A stretch of 38,611 bases of DNA, taken from NCBI GenBank assembly GCA_046483495.1, contig JAWODC010000093.1:1-38611 (forward strand), in the 5' to 3' direction. This DNA comes from Desulfobacterales bacterium (lineage in GTDB: Bacteria > Desulfobacterota > Desulfobacteria > Desulfobacterales > UBA5616). Below are positions 1 through 10,182 of this stretch, piece by piece (positions within the stretch are counted from its first letter, which is position 1; each line of letters begins with the position of its first letter). The notes beneath the pieces are model-generated. The model made no database searches, had not been told where the DNA came from, and saw only the letters and a list, made by a program, of their open reading frames with translations. The position numbers and the translations under genes are program-made.

Positions 1-1
1 G

Positions 2-205
2 GCGTGCCGCCGCCTCAACCGGGAGATGGGCCGGTCGGTCTCGCGGGCCACCTTCCCCTCCCGGTGTCCCCTCTTCCGGCTCGACCGGATCTGGTGCCGG
101 CCCACCTCGGCCCTGGGGAAGGTCTGGGCAGTCAAGACCGGCTTGACCCGGAAGGCCTCGGATCATCTGCCCCTGGCCGCCGAAATAATTCCGGAGGAGG
201 GATGA
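2..205 (+). CDS. Endonuclease/exonuclease/phosphatase (EEP, YbhP-like) family protein, C-terminal fragment (5' end outside window)
   Basis: Not in ORF track. Frame from position 2 translates ACRRLNREMGRSVSRATFPSRCPLFRLDRIWCRP...TRKASDHLPLAAEIIPEEG*; TFPS..P...LDRI and ASDHLPL are the typical EEP C-terminal motifs; TGA at 203-205 overlaps next ATG (ATGA). Confidence 0.8.
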   Translation, partial: ACRRLNREMGRSVSRATFPSRCPLFRLDRIWCRPTSALGKVWAVKTGLTRKASDHLPLAAEIIPEEG

Positions 206-537
206 TGGAGCGGGATTGGTTGGTTTACCCGGCGGCGGTGATCGCCTGGCCGGTGGTTTACTTCCTCTGGCTCTTTCTCAGTTCCCTGATCGCCGCCCCG
301 TTCTTCCTGGCTCCGGAAAAGCGGCGGAAGTCCCCCGGCCGCCGTCCGACCGGGGCCGATCTCTTTGAAGCCCTGGCGGCGGCGGCCTCCCAGGTCGCCT
401 GCCTGGCGGCGGGAAAGGCGGTTATGGGATTGTGGGACCGGGAGGCAGGGGGGATACTGATTTTTATCTACGCGGCCTGGGCCCTCCTGATGCTGGCCGC
501 CCGGGGCCCGATGCTCGGCCTTCCCGGCCGGCACGCC
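202..537 (+). pseudogene. Hypothetical membrane protein, apparently truncated at the ~537 junction
   Basis: GGAGGAGG RBS then ATG at 202; hydrophobic segments ([47 protein letters not shown]); after ~537 the frame runs on through antisense ftsH to a stop at 915. Confidence 0.5.
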
Positions 538-2240
538 GTCTGTTCGCTGAAATCCCGTGTTTCCGTCATTTCGCGCCCCAAAAACGGATGGGGATCACCT
601 CGGCGAAATGCCACCGGTCCGATTTTGTCGCTCATCCCCCACTGGCAGACCATTCGGCGGGCCAGATCGGAAGCTTTTTTAAGATCGTCTCCGGCGCCGG
701 TTGAAACGTCATCGAACATCAACTTCTCAGCCGCACGGCCGGCAAGCATCACACCGATGCGGCTTAAAAGGTATTTGCGGCTTAAATTGTATCGGTCCTC
801 CTCGGGTATCTGTTCGGTGGCCCCCAGGGAGCGTCCGCGCGGAATGATGCTGACTTTTTCCAGGGGATCCGCATCCGGAAGAAATAGTGCAGCCAGCGCG
901 TGCCCGGCTTCGTGATATGCAATAACCTCCTTTTCCTCCTCTCGAATAATATCCTCTCTTTCGATGCCCATGATGATTTTATCCCGGGCATTGTCGAAAT
1001 CGACGGCTTCAATTTTTGTCTTGTTTCGGCGGGCGGCCAACAAAGCGGCTTCGTTCGTCAGGTTTTTGAGATCGGCACCGCTGAATCCGACCGTGCGCCG
1101 CGCCAGATCCTCCAGATTCACATTATCAGCTATCGGCTTGTCCCGGGTGTGGAGCGCAAGGATTTCCTCTCTTGCCTCCTTTCGCGGGAGGTTTAAGCTT
1201 ATCCGCCTGTCGAAACGCCCCGGCCTTACCAAGGCCGGATCGAGAACGTCCGGGCGATTCGTCGCCGCCAATACGACCACGGATTCATGTCCGGCAAACC
1301 CGTCCATTTCCGACAGTATCTGATTCAATGTCTGCTCCCGCTCATCATGGCCCCCGCCGACGCCCGTGCCCCTCACCCGTCCGATGCTGTCCAGTTCATC
1401 GACAAAAATGATGGAGGGCGCCTCCGCCTTCGCCTTGTTGAACATGTCACGCACCCGGGAAGCGCCGACGCCTACAAACATTTCAATGAATTCAGAACCG
1501 GAGATGCTGAAAAAAGGAACCTCGGCCTCCCCCGAGACGGCCCGGGCCATCAACGTTTTTCCGACGCCCGGAGGCCCGATCAGCAGAATTCCTTTTGGCA
1601 ATTCCCCGCCGAGCGATTTGAATTTTTTCGGGTCTTTTAAAAAGTCTATAATTTCCTGGAGCTCTTTTTTGGCATTGTTCAACCCTGATACATCCCCGAA
1701 TTTCACATCACTGATCGTTTTTTTGTAAAGTTTGGCTTTGGATTTTCCGAAATTGAACGGGCTTTTTGCACCGCCCATTCGCTCCTGAAGCTTTTTGTTG
1801 GCATAGACAAACACGCCGATGATAAGAATCCACGGAAGCAGGATGATCAACATGGTGGAAATCCAGTTTTGGTCCTGGACCTCCGCATTGATCGCGATAT
1901 CATTAGCTTCCAGCAGCGGCATCAGTTCGGTATCTTCAAATGCAGGCATTACGGTTTTAAACATCCGGTAAGCCTTCTCATCTTCACCGGGCTCTTGGAG
2001 GTCTTCCGTGAGAGGCTGGTCGAATTCTCCGGTGATTTCCTGCCCTTTGACGGTAATTTCTGAAATGCGGCCTTCCTGAACGGCTTCTTTAAATGCCGTA
2101 TAAGAAAGGTTCAGCCGTTCCGGCGAGTATATCCCAAAAAAAAATCCGAGAATCAGCCAGGTAAGAACGACCACGAGCACAATGCGGCCCCAACTTATCG
2201 GATTCGGCTGCCTCGGCCGATAATCATTTTTCATAGCCAC
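468..2240 (-). CDS. ftsH: ATP-dependent zinc metalloprotease FtsH, native C-terminus missing (replaced by ~21 unrelated residues)
   Basis: Two N-terminal TM helices, Walker A GPPGVGKT, Walker [38 protein letters not shown] zinc motif, GAGDDL; similarity stops after RDFSEQTA. Start GTG 2240 or ATG 2234. Confidence 0.93.
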   Translation of the reverse strand: MAMKNDYRPRQPNPISWGRIVLVVVLTWLILGFFFGIYSPERLNLSYTAFKEAVQEGRISEITVKGQEITGEFDQPLTEDLQEPGEDEKAYRMFKTVMPAFEDTELMPLLEANDIAINAEVQDQNWISTMLIILLPWILIIGVFVYANKKLQERMGGAKSPFNFGKSKAKLYKKTISDVKFGDVSGLNNAKKELQEIIDFLKDPKKFKSLGGELPKGILLIGPPGVGKTLMARAVSGEAEVPFFSISGSEFIEMFVGVGASRVRDMFNKAKAEAPSIIFVDELDSIGRVRGTGVGGGHDEREQTLNQILSEMDGFAGHESVVVLAATNRPDVLDPALVRPGRFDRRISLNLPRKEAREEILALHTRDKPIADNVNLEDLARRTVGFSGADLKNLTNEAALLAARRNKTKIEAVDFDNARDKIIMGIEREDIIREEEKEVIAYHEAGHALAALFLPDADPLEKVSIIPRGRSLGATEQIPEEDRYNLSRKYLLSRIGVMLAGRAAEKLMFDDVSTGAGDDLKKASDLARRMVCQWGMSDKIGPVAFRRGDPHPFLGREMTETRDFSEQTACRPGRPSIGPRAASIRRAQAA

Positions 2241-2584
2241 CCTTTTTTATTTCCCGGTTCCCGTGCCGACTTGATGGCTGTCGGCGGTTCCGGTTACGTG
2301 TTTCTTCCAATCAGTGCCGGGCACCAATTCGCTGCTTCATTATAATATTCGTTTGCTGCTTCAAAATTCAATCCGGTAAAGCATGTATTCGAATGCCCTA
2401 TCGGAGGACAACCGTCTAAAAATACGCATACTTTTTTGGGATTGTCATGGAAGCACCCCATTTGAAAAACACCGGCAAACATTTAGGCTTGCGCAGTACA
2501 CCGCAAAAAAGCTGTCGATTCAGCTGCATTTGGAAAAACAGGGTGAAACGCCCTGCAGCCTTAGTGAACACAGGGAAACGCCAT

Positions 2585-3781
2585 ATGGGGGAAAAGCCAT
2601 TCACGAAGCGTGCATTTACAGGCACCGCTGACCGGAAAAGGGACAACGTGATATCCGGCCGGTTCAACGCATCCGGTCGGGCCCGGTCGGACAAGGATCC
2701 GACGACCCGGGTGATCGTAACCGGCATTCGGACGGGGGAACTATTCGAAGGTGTAAAACGGGCGGTCCGGTCGGCCGCCGAAGCGGCTACAGACTTCTCA
2801 TGGCTGTCGCGGGGAGATCGCGTCTTTATCAAACCCGCACACAATTCCGGTAATCCATACCCCGCGACCACCAGTCCCGAAGCTGTCGCCGTCATGATCG
2901 AACTGCTGAAAGAAAAGGGGGCCGGTCGGATTGTCGTGGGAGACATGGCCGGCATCGAGCATCTCAAGCTGAGGCCGGACGGCCTTACCGGAAGCACCCG
3001 GCAATTAATGGAAAGAAGCGGTATGGCGAATGCCGCTCTGCAAGCAGGCGCTGAAATTCACTGCTTCGAAGAACCCGGGTGGAATGCCTTTTATGAAGAT
3101 CTGCCGGCGCCGGGGTCGCACTGGAAAAAAGGGCTGATGATGCCGGATATCCTGCAGGACATGGATCATATCGTTCTCATGCCGCGATGCAGCCGTCACG
3201 CGCTGGCCGGCAGCACACTGGGGTTGAAAGCCGCCGTGGGATACTGGCGCACGGACACCCGTCTCGAGTACCATAAGGATGCTGCAACCTTTCAGGAAAA
3301 GACCGCGGAGGGCAATACGGTAAAAACCCTGATGGAGAAACAGCGGCTTGTGCTTTCGGCCGCCCATGTGATTCAGACGACCTTCGGCCCGGACAGGGGA
3401 ACGGCTTCCCACCCGCCTACGGGCCTTGTTTTTGCTTCCAGGTCGGTGACGGCCCACGATATGGTGTCGCTGGCGTGGCTTTTGGAAAACCGCACCCGTC
3501 TGCCTGAATCCAAAAAAAGGGGATTCAATGATCCGTACGCACGCCAGTGGATGGTGAGCCTTGGAAACCGCTGGGTGGTTCACATGCTGGGAGGCTTGCG
3601 ACAGTCCCTTTTTGTAGAGAAACTGGCGCGAAATGATCTGGACACCATCTGGGATGACCGAATTATTCGGCGGGCCTGCGGTATTTTTGAAGGCATGCCG
3701 AACGTTGAATTGGCGTCCATTGACCGCAGCGTTCCCACGGAGCTGATCAACAGGCTGCAGATGATGATCCTGCCGCCCTGA
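2585..3781 (+). CDS. DUF362 domain-containing protein
   Basis: GDRVFIKP.HN, TTSPE, GAGRIVVGD, DHIVLMP...H..AG.TLGLK..VG pattern of DUF362; start uncertain (ORF open from 2447). Confidence 0.7.
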   Translation: MGEKPFTKRAFTGTADRKRDNVISGRFNASGRARSDKDPTTRVIVTGIRTGELFEGVKRAVRSAAEAATDFSWLSRGDRVFIKPAHNSGNPYPATTSPEAVAVMIELLKEKGAGRIVVGDMAGIEHLKLRPDGLTGSTRQLMERSGMANAALQAGAEIHCFEEPGWNAFYEDLPAPGSHWKKGLMMPDILQDMDHIVLMPRCSRHALAGSTLGLKAAVGYWRTDTRLEYHKDAATFQEKTAEGNTVKTLMEKQRLVLSAAHVIQTTFGPDRGTASHPPTGLVFASRSVTAHDMVSLAWLLENRTRLPESKKRGFNDPYARQWMVSLGNRWVVHMLGGLRQSLFVEKLARNDLDTIWDDRIIRRACGIFEGMPNVELASIDRSVPTELINRLQMMILPP

Positions 3782-3795
3782 CGAATTCGTCAGTT

Positions 3796-4221
3796 TCAGA
3801 TGACATTGACAATATAGTCGAGATGTATTTTCTCATCACTGAAGTGCTTCCGGAGCATATCCTTCAGTTCATCAGGCACATCCGAAGATACGGCCTCCCC
3901 ATACACGCGGTTCGTGATGTCTTCCGTAATTTTCAGCGCCTTTAAAGCACCCTTCATTCCGGTAAGCGTCCCCAAAGCCGTAAAAGCCGTGATCACATGC
4001 CCTTTTAAGTCCCGTGAAAAATCGGGCGGGGTTCCCCCTAATGCCTGCATTTCACTCGCCAGGCGCTCGACATGCTGTTTATGATTCTCGCGGAAACGAC
4101 TGATCCGCTCCTTGATCACCCTGTCTTCGAATGCATCGAGGGTTCGATCATAAATGTAAACGGTGTCGATATCCAGTTGAATCAGCTTATCCAATAATTT
4201 CAGAACAGCTTTTGTATTCAT
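3796..4221 (-). CDS. Ferritin-like four-helix protein (PA2169/DUF2383-like)
   Basis: LIQLDID...Y, F..NH..HV..L, GG.P, E..TN..Y, DE..H spacing of ferritin-like di-iron ligands; 141 aa. Confidence 0.8.
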   Translation of the reverse strand: MNTKAVLKLLDKLIQLDIDTVYIYDRTLDAFEDRVIKERISRFRENHKQHVERLASEMQALGGTPPDFSRDLKGHVITAFTALGTLTGMKGALKALKITEDITNRVYGEAVSSDVPDELKDMLRKHFSDEKIHLDYIVNVI

Positions 4222-4241
4222 AATTTCTGATGCATGCCGGT

Positions 4242-4823
4242 TTACGCACGATTCCTTCGAACACCCGGTTTGTCCACGATCTGAACCGTACTCGCCTGCG
4301 GCCCTTCCTCTCCCGTGGTTTCAACGTATCGAACACCGGTGCCTATTTCGAGCCTTTCGAAATCATTCTGGATAACGCTGTTTTTGTGGAAATAGATCTC
4401 CCGGCCTTCCAGTGATTTGATAAAACCATAGCCCTGTTCTCGGAAAAGTCGCTCCACGTAGCCGCCTGTTTCCTGATCGGAATGGACCTTTACGTCACCT
4501 CTTTGCTTTTCAACAATCCTTTTGAGCTTCCGTTCAGCGGTATCGAAGGCATCCCGAATGACCACCAGGAGCTCGTCTCGAAATCCGCCTTTTGCCGAAT
4601 CCTTGGAGACCACCACATCATGCCCCGGCGGAACCCTGATGTCGATGCGCACCCGGTAAGGCTTTCCCGATCGAAAATCCCGGTGACGGTTTTCGATTGC
4701 GACCCGGCAACTGGAGATGTGATCGCAGTAACGTTCGAGCTTCGCCACCCGTTCACGGATCAGTTCATCGATCGATTCATGCTTCTCTATGTTTCGATAG
4801 GTTATTTCCGGCGGTATAATCAT
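4242..4823 (-). CDS. HPF/RaiA ribosome-associated protein fused to a C-terminal cold-shock domain
   Basis: N-term EITYRN...KLERY...I.SCRVAIE...YRVRIDI.VP...AF..AERKL (HPF); C-term GYGFI...EIYFHKNSV...GEEGPQASTV (CSD). GAGGAG RBS. Confidence 0.9.
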   Translation of the reverse strand: MIIPPEITYRNIEKHESIDELIRERVAKLERYCDHISSCRVAIENRHRDFRSGKPYRVRIDIRVPPGHDVVVSKDSAKGGFRDELLVVIRDAFDTAERKLKRIVEKQRGDVKVHSDQETGGYVERLFREQGYGFIKSLEGREIYFHKNSVIQNDFERLEIGTGVRYVETTGEEGPQASTVQIVDKPGVRRNRA

Positions 4824-4844
4824 GTTCTCCTCATCGTAAGCAGT

Positions 4845-4901
4845 GTTGGATCATATTCATGTCGTTGGATCATATCCATGTCGATTGTTCCTATTTATGT
4901 A
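4845..4901. repeat. 19-bp tandem repeat (2 near-identical copies plus 1 degenerate) upstream of the HPF-CSD gene
   Basis: gttggatcatattcatgtc (4845-4863), gttggatcatatccatgtc (4864-4882), gattgttcctatttatgta (4883-4901, 12/19 match to copy 2). Confidence 0.8.
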
Positions 4902-5299
4902 TCATATCCCTTCGGATTCGAAAAATGCCTGCTTTCCTGTATTATGCCTTCCCGCAAGCCTGAAAATATGCACACACCCGGACTTGAAAGAAATCGGGCA
5001 TCGCGAAAAAACGGAAGGCAACTGAAAGTGGTATTCGGCCAAAAAGCATAAGAAGAATCTTACATAAAATTCAATTTCCCAATAAAGGATGGAGCCTATT
5101 TTCAGTACCCGCCGTGTGTGTCAGAAAAATCATGAGTGACATGAGTGAATCGCTCAGAAAAATTGTGATGAAAAAGATCTTCGATAAACGGAACGTTGGA
5201 TGAAAAATGTTTGTTTGCCATATCAACTTTCGAGGTTCATGAACCGCTTTCCCTTTGAAAGCCGAAGGTTGGAATATGTTGATGTAGAGGACGCAAAAA

Positions 5300-5908
5300 A
5301 TGAAAATAAACCGTAAAGGTTCAGCCATTATTCTAATATTATTTGTCTTATCTCTTGTCGGATGTGCGAACATGGGGGTCCCTGAAGAGCACAGGGGCGC
5401 CGCCGTAGGCGCCGGAGTCGGCGGATTGGCCGGCGCGGCAATCGGAGGGGACAGCCCCCGCGGCGCGATTATCGGCGGTCTGGTCGGTGCTCTGATCGGC
5501 GGCGCCGTAGGGCATTATGGCTACGATCAGCGCCGGGATTACCAGGAAACGACCCAAGCCTATGAAACATATGAACCGGGCACAGGCACCCGCTTGTACA
5601 TCGAAGAAGTCGAAACTTCGCCCCAAACCGTCGAGCCGGGAGGTACGGTCGATTTGCGAGCCACATATGCACTGTTAACGCCGACCGGTGATGCAGAGGT
5701 TCCTATCACGGAAATTCGGAAAATTACGCACAACGGAGAAGTGGTGGGCAATCCCAGGGTGAATGTGGACCGAACCGGCGGCACCTACACTTCCACCGTC
5801 CCTCTTCAACTCCCGGGAAATGCCGATCCGGGCGTATACACGATTACCACGACGGTCGAAACCACCGGGGCCAGTGATGCACGGGAAACCACATTTATCG
5901 TAGGGTAA
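5300..5908 (+). CDS. Glycine-zipper lipoprotein with C-terminal Ig-like beta domain
   Basis: Lipobox LVGC; GAAVGAGVGGLAGAAIGG...GAIIGGLVGALIGGAVG glycine zipper; beta-rich C-terminus. Confidence 0.8.
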   Translation: MKINRKGSAIILILFVLSLVGCANMGVPEEHRGAAVGAGVGGLAGAAIGGDSPRGAIIGGLVGALIGGAVGHYGYDQRRDYQETTQAYETYEPGTGTRLYIEEVETSPQTVEPGGTVDLRATYALLTPTGDAEVPITEIRKITHNGEVVGNPRVNVDRTGGTYTSTVPLQLPGNADPGVYTITTTVETTGASDARETTFIVG

Positions 5909-5943
5909 GCGTGCAGCCGACTTAAAACGACAGGATTGCGAAC

Positions 5944-6243
5944 ATGGATGTTATATTGAAAGCCATTATTTCAAACCTGAACAAAAAAGGGTTGTCCAGG
6001 CAGGAAATTCCCCGTTTTATAAAGGATTTCTGCCGAATCATCGACCGCCAGGGAAACAGCCCCAATGTCGCCGGCATTAATCTGATGCTTGAAAACCTCG
6101 GTTGGCGAAACTCGATTGCGGATTATTACCTGCTGGAATTAATGACAGACCTGCGTGAACGGCATGGCGACCGCCGCATCGATGAACTGGTGCCTCCTTT
6201 TCAACTGCAGTTCAGGCATACAGCGAAAGTACGGACGGTCTAA
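5944..6243 (+). CDS. Hypothetical protein (99 aa)
   Basis: AGGA RBS, ATG start, fills gap between lipoprotein gene and convergent pncB; helical-looking sequence. Confidence 0.6.
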   Translation: MDVILKAIISNLNKKGLSRQEIPRFIKDFCRIIDRQGNSPNVAGINLMLENLGWRNSIADYYLLELMTDLRERHGDRRIDELVPPFQLQFRHTAKVRTV

Positions 6244-6252
6244 CGGTCCGGC

Positions 6253-7662
6253 TTAGGATGCGGTGTGCTGTTCGATCAGACGGTTGCGCTCGCGGTTGAG
6301 CCGGTCACTCAGCCCCACCTTGTACGTATGCGGATTTTCAAAACGCTTGAACTTTCCCGGCAGGCGCTCGAGGCGTTCGCTGCAGTATGCGGCAATTTCC
6401 TCCAAGGTCCGCTTCTCCGCTATGCGTCTGCCGTCCTTCATCACGGGATGCAGCAGCGGCTCTTTTTCAGGGGCTGATATGTCCATGGATTTATTCGGCT
6501 CGAAGGGGTGATGCATCGTGTGTATATTGGAGGATTCATCCGCCATCGCCACGACATCGGCCCCGTAAAAATCGCCGTCTTCGCCGATAAGCCGGAACAC
6601 CTGCTTCAAATAGGGAATGGTGGTTTTGGAAATCGATTCCGACAGCTTGATGCGTGGTCGCTGTTTCGCAAAGGCAAGCTTGTACACGCCGTCCAACGCT
6701 GCATCGGGCTGACCCGTCACCAGGCGGGTGCCTACACCGAACACATCGATCGGCGCTTTTTGTTCCAGCAGGCTTTTGATCACATATTCATCCAGCTTGT
6801 TGGAAGCGGCAATCGCGACGTAGTCGAGGCCGGCCGCATCCAACATTTGCCGGCTTTCTTTGGCCAATTGCGCCAAATCCCCGCTGTCCAGCCGTATGCC
6901 TTTGAGACGCCGGCCGCGCTTCTCCATTTCCCTGCCGATGATGATCGCATTGGGCACGCCGCTTTTCAATGTATCATAGGTGTCCACCAGCAGAACGCAG
7001 TCATCCGGTCTTTCTTCGGCAAAATCACGAAACGATGACAGTTCGTCATCATAGCTCTGCACAAAGGAATGGGCCATCGTGCCGCTGACCGGCACACCGA
7101 AATCCCGGCCGGCACGCACATTGCTGGTGGAATCGAATCCGCCGACTACGGCGGCTCTGCTCGCATAGTACCCGCCAGGACCGTGCGCTCTCCGCAGTCC
7201 GAAATCAACCAGTTTTCGATCTCCGGCAACCAGACGCATGCGGCAGGCCTTGGTCGCTATCAGGGTTTGAAAATTCAGAATATTCAAGAGAATCGTTTCG
7301 ATGATCTGGGCCTCGATGATGTCGGCTTCCACGCTCAGCACCGGGCGCGTGGGAAATACGATATCTCCCTCACGGGAACTGAAGACATTTCCCTTAAATC
7401 TGAAATGCTTCAGATAGTCCAGAAAATCGGGATGAAGGCCCTGTTCGTGAAGAAAATCGATATCCCGGTCGTCGAACCGAAGGGTTTCAAGTATATCGAT
7501 CAGATTCTCCGGGCCCGCAAACACGGCATACCCCCCGCCAAAAGGCGGTTTGCGAAAAAAATAATCGAAAACCGCCCGCTGACCGCCGGCCCCTTTGAGA
7601 AAATATACCTGCGCCATGGTGAGTTGGTATTGATCCGTGTAGGTTCCGGTGTAGTCGATCAT
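6253..7662 (-). CDS. pncB: Nicotinate phosphoribosyltransferase
   Basis: TDQYQLTM, DFGLRRAHG, TSNV, GTMAHS, LVDTYD, GIRLDSGD, FGVGT, GVYKL motifs. Confidence 0.95.
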   Translation of the reverse strand: MIDYTGTYTDQYQLTMAQVYFLKGAGGQRAVFDYFFRKPPFGGGYAVFAGPENLIDILETLRFDDRDIDFLHEQGLHPDFLDYLKHFRFKGNVFSSREGDIVFPTRPVLSVEADIIEAQIIETILLNILNFQTLIATKACRMRLVAGDRKLVDFGLRRAHGPGGYYASRAAVVGGFDSTSNVRAGRDFGVPVSGTMAHSFVQSYDDELSSFRDFAEERPDDCVLLVDTYDTLKSGVPNAIIIGREMEKRGRRLKGIRLDSGDLAQLAKESRQMLDAAGLDYVAIAASNKLDEYVIKSLLEQKAPIDVFGVGTRLVTGQPDAALDGVYKLAFAKQRPRIKLSESISKTTIPYLKQVFRLIGEDGDFYGADVVAMADESSNIHTMHHPFEPNKSMDISAPEKEPLLHPVMKDGRRIAEKRTLEEIAAYCSERLERLPGKFKRFENPHTYKVGLSDRLNRERNRLIEQHTAS

Positions 7663-7976
7663 CCGCGCCTCTTTCCCTGTTTAATTTATGGCTTTTGTGA
7701 TGCCGCCGCTTATGATCATGAGCGGTGCTGCCGGTTATTGCAGAATCGAAATCTGATCAATTCATTTTGCTTACACGAAAAGCCGCATCAACCCCTATGG
7801 GGTATATCTTGTATTTTTATCTGGAAATAGACGATATCGCAATCATCAAAAATGTCGGCAGTTGCCATAGACATTCCGTTAAGCGAGCTCACCGAAAAAA
7901 TACCAAATATCCGCCTCGAAAATACACACATAAACCCATTTCGGTCCGACGAGACTGGTGGAAAATAGGTGCATCT

Positions 7977-9272
7977 ATGTGTCACCGATTCCAATTCCCT
8001 TTCTCTTCGTTCGTATCGGCGGTTCTGCTGGTGATAAGCGGGGCCGCCTGCACTGAACACCCGGCCCGGGAGGTGGTTTTTGCCGTAGGCGGCGCCCCGG
8101 CGGAATTGGCGTTCTGGGAGATGCTGGCCGATGAATTTGAAACAAAATCCGGCATTCCGGTTCGGGTCCTTCGCCGGCCCAGTGATACGGACCAGCAGCG
8201 CCAGAGCCTCATCATCGCATTAAAGGCAAATATGTCGAACCCCGATGTGTTTCTCATGGATATTGCCTGGATCGGATTATTCAGCGCTGCCGACTGGTTG
8301 GCGCCCCTGGAAAATGCCGTTGACAGCGAGCCGTTTTTTCAGCACGTCATCGACCGTGTAGATCGCAGGAACGGCCGGCTTATTGCACTGCCGGTTTATA
8401 TGGATGCGGGTATGCTTTACTATCGCAAGGACCTGCTTTCACAATACGGCATAGATTCTCCGCCGGATACATGGAAAAAGCTGATCAAAACCGCATTGAG
8501 GGTACAGCACGCCGAGCGTAAAAAAAACAAAAACTTTTATGGGTTTGTGTGGACCGGGGCGCAGTACGAGGGACTTATTACGGTATTTATGGAATTTGCG
8601 GGAGAACGGGGAGGTTTCATATCCGAAGACGGTCGGATTCGATTGCATGTTGCGCCCAATGTAAACGCCGTAAACATGATGCGGGATTGTATTCGAACGT
8701 ACGGCGTAACGCCTCCCAATGCCTATACCGAAATGAAGGAAGAAGAAGTCCGCATGATGTTTCAGCGCTCCGATGCACTTTATGAACGAAATTGGCCGTA
8801 TGCCTGGGCGCTTCATCAGTCCGAGGGGTCGCCGGTTCGAAGCAAAACCGGCGTTTCCGCAGTTCCGGCGCCGGTGAACGGGAAGCGTGCCGCCACCCTC
8901 GGAGGATTTCATATCGGCATTTCGCGCTTTTCCGATGTTCTGCCGGAAGCCTGTGAGTTCGTGAAATTTATTACCTCATACCGGAACCAGAAGCGCATGG
9001 CTATCCGGTTGGGCTGGAATCCGGGGCGCCGGGACCTGTATGAGGACTCGGACGTATTGGCGCACGCGCCGCACTTCAAAACATTGAAAGAAGTGTTTCA
9101 ACAGGCTCGTCCCCGTCCGCTGGAGCCGTACTATACACAGATTTCCGCCATTGCCCAGAAACATATCAACAGCGTTCTTGCCGGCCGAGCCGATACCGAT
9201 GATGCACTCGCGGCGGCCGACCGCGAAATTCTGGATGTCTTGCGCCGGTATGGCATTACCAAAGAAAAATAA
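7977..9272 (+). CDS. Sugar ABC transporter substrate-binding lipoprotein (trehalose/maltose-binding type)
   Basis: Lipobox GAAC; DVFLMDIAW, YYRKDLL, QYEGL, RNWPYAW, TLGG motifs as in trehalose/maltose binding proteins; start ATG 7977 chosen from signal peptide. Confidence 0.85.
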   Translation: MCHRFQFPFSSFVSAVLLVISGAACTEHPAREVVFAVGGAPAELAFWEMLADEFETKSGIPVRVLRRPSDTDQQRQSLIIALKANMSNPDVFLMDIAWIGLFSAADWLAPLENAVDSEPFFQHVIDRVDRRNGRLIALPVYMDAGMLYYRKDLLSQYGIDSPPDTWKKLIKTALRVQHAERKKNKNFYGFVWTGAQYEGLITVFMEFAGERGGFISEDGRIRLHVAPNVNAVNMMRDCIRTYGVTPPNAYTEMKEEEVRMMFQRSDALYERNWPYAWALHQSEGSPVRSKTGVSAVPAPVNGKRAATLGGFHIGISRFSDVLPEACEFVKFITSYRNQKRMAIRLGWNPGRRDLYEDSDVLAHAPHFKTLKEVFQQARPRPLEPYYTQISAIAQKHINSVLAGRADTDDALAAADREILDVLRRYGITKEK

Positions 9273-9312
9273 TCGGCACCCAATCGCCTCCCAAACCGCG
9301 GCCAAGCGGAAT

Positions 9313-10182
9313 ATGGACCGTGAGTCATCGACCGCACTGATGTTCATGCTTCCGCTTTTTGTCTTTTTGGCCGTTCTTATTCTGCTTCCTGTACTGGGAA
9401 CCTTCTGGAACAGCTTAATGCGCGATGTGCCGTTTCTGCCGAGAAAATTTATAGGCACGGCCAATTACGAGGTCCTGTTTGCCGATGCCGCTTTCCGGCA
9501 GTCGGTATGGTTCACATTGCTGTTCGTGCTTGTTTCGGTGCCGCTCGAAATCCTTTTGGGCCTGATTATTGCGCTGGTGCTCAACGAGTCTTTTCCCGGC
9601 CGGGGGCTCTTGCGGGCCGCCGTCCTCATTCCCTGGGCCATTCCAGCGGCCGTATCCGGCAGGGTGTTCGAGTTGGTTTATCATTACAGCTATGGAGGAG
9701 CCAATTACCTCATCACGGCATTCGGAATTTCTGACCACCCCATCAACTGGCTGGGAACGAGCGCAGGGGCTTTTGCCGGCTGCATCCTTGCCGATGCCTG
9801 GAAAACCACCCCTTTTGCCGCCCTGATCATTCTGGCCGGCCTATCGGCGATCAGGGAGGATTTGTACCTGCAGGCTCAAGTCGATCGGACGAACTTCTTT
9901 CAGCGTTTTTTTTACATTACCCTGCCGCTGCTCAAGCCCGTCCTGGTGGTGGCGCTGCTCTTCCGAACCGTAATGGCGCTGCGCGTCTTCGACGTCATTT
10001 TTGTGCTTACGGGGGGCGGTCCCGGAGGGGCTACCACCGCCCTTTCACTATTCGCTTTTCGCTATTTCAGTGCGGGGGATTTCGGATACGGTTCGGCCGC
10101 CAGCGTTATCCTGTTTTTTTGCGCCCTGATCATCTCAATCGTTTATGTCAAAGCCGGCCGTTTTGAAGAGAGCATCCAATGA
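9313..10182 (+). CDS. Sugar ABC transporter permease (MalF/SugA-like)
   Basis: FIG..NY, LIPWAIP, WKTTPF...LAGL, EAA-like loop LYLQAQVD, ITLPLLKP, TGGGPG. Confidence 0.9.
   Translation: MDRESSTALMFMLPLFVFLAVLILLPVLGTFWNSLMRDVPFLPRKFIGTANYEVLFADAAFRQSVWFTLLFVLVSVPLEILLGLIIALVLNESFPGRGLLRAAVLIPWAIPAAVSGRVFELVYHYSYGGANYLITAFGISDHPINWLGTSAGAFAGCILADAWKTTPFAALIILAGLSAIREDLYLQAQVDRTNFFQRFFYITLPLLKPVLVVALLFRTVMALRVFDVIFVLTGGGPGGATTALSLFAFRYFSAGDFGYGSAASVILFFCALIISIVYVKAGRFEESIQ

Noticed and set aside
4..915. 303-aa ORF in the track
   Set aside because: Composite: first 66 codons are an off-frame overlap of the EEP gene, the middle is the membrane ORF, the end is antisense ftsH.
4845..4901. Repeat considered as CRISPR remnant
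   Set aside because: No spacers between units and no cas genes.
5121..5245. Short repeats (catgagtga x2, tcagaaaaat x2) and palindrome ggttcatgaacc in the divergent intergenic region
   Set aside because: Short, not repeated elsewhere that I could see; cannot distinguish from chance.
7691..7705. Minus-strand CGGCATCACAAAAGC upstream of pncB
   Set aside because: Correct GG-N10-GC spacing but poor -12 context (AAGC); could be chance.
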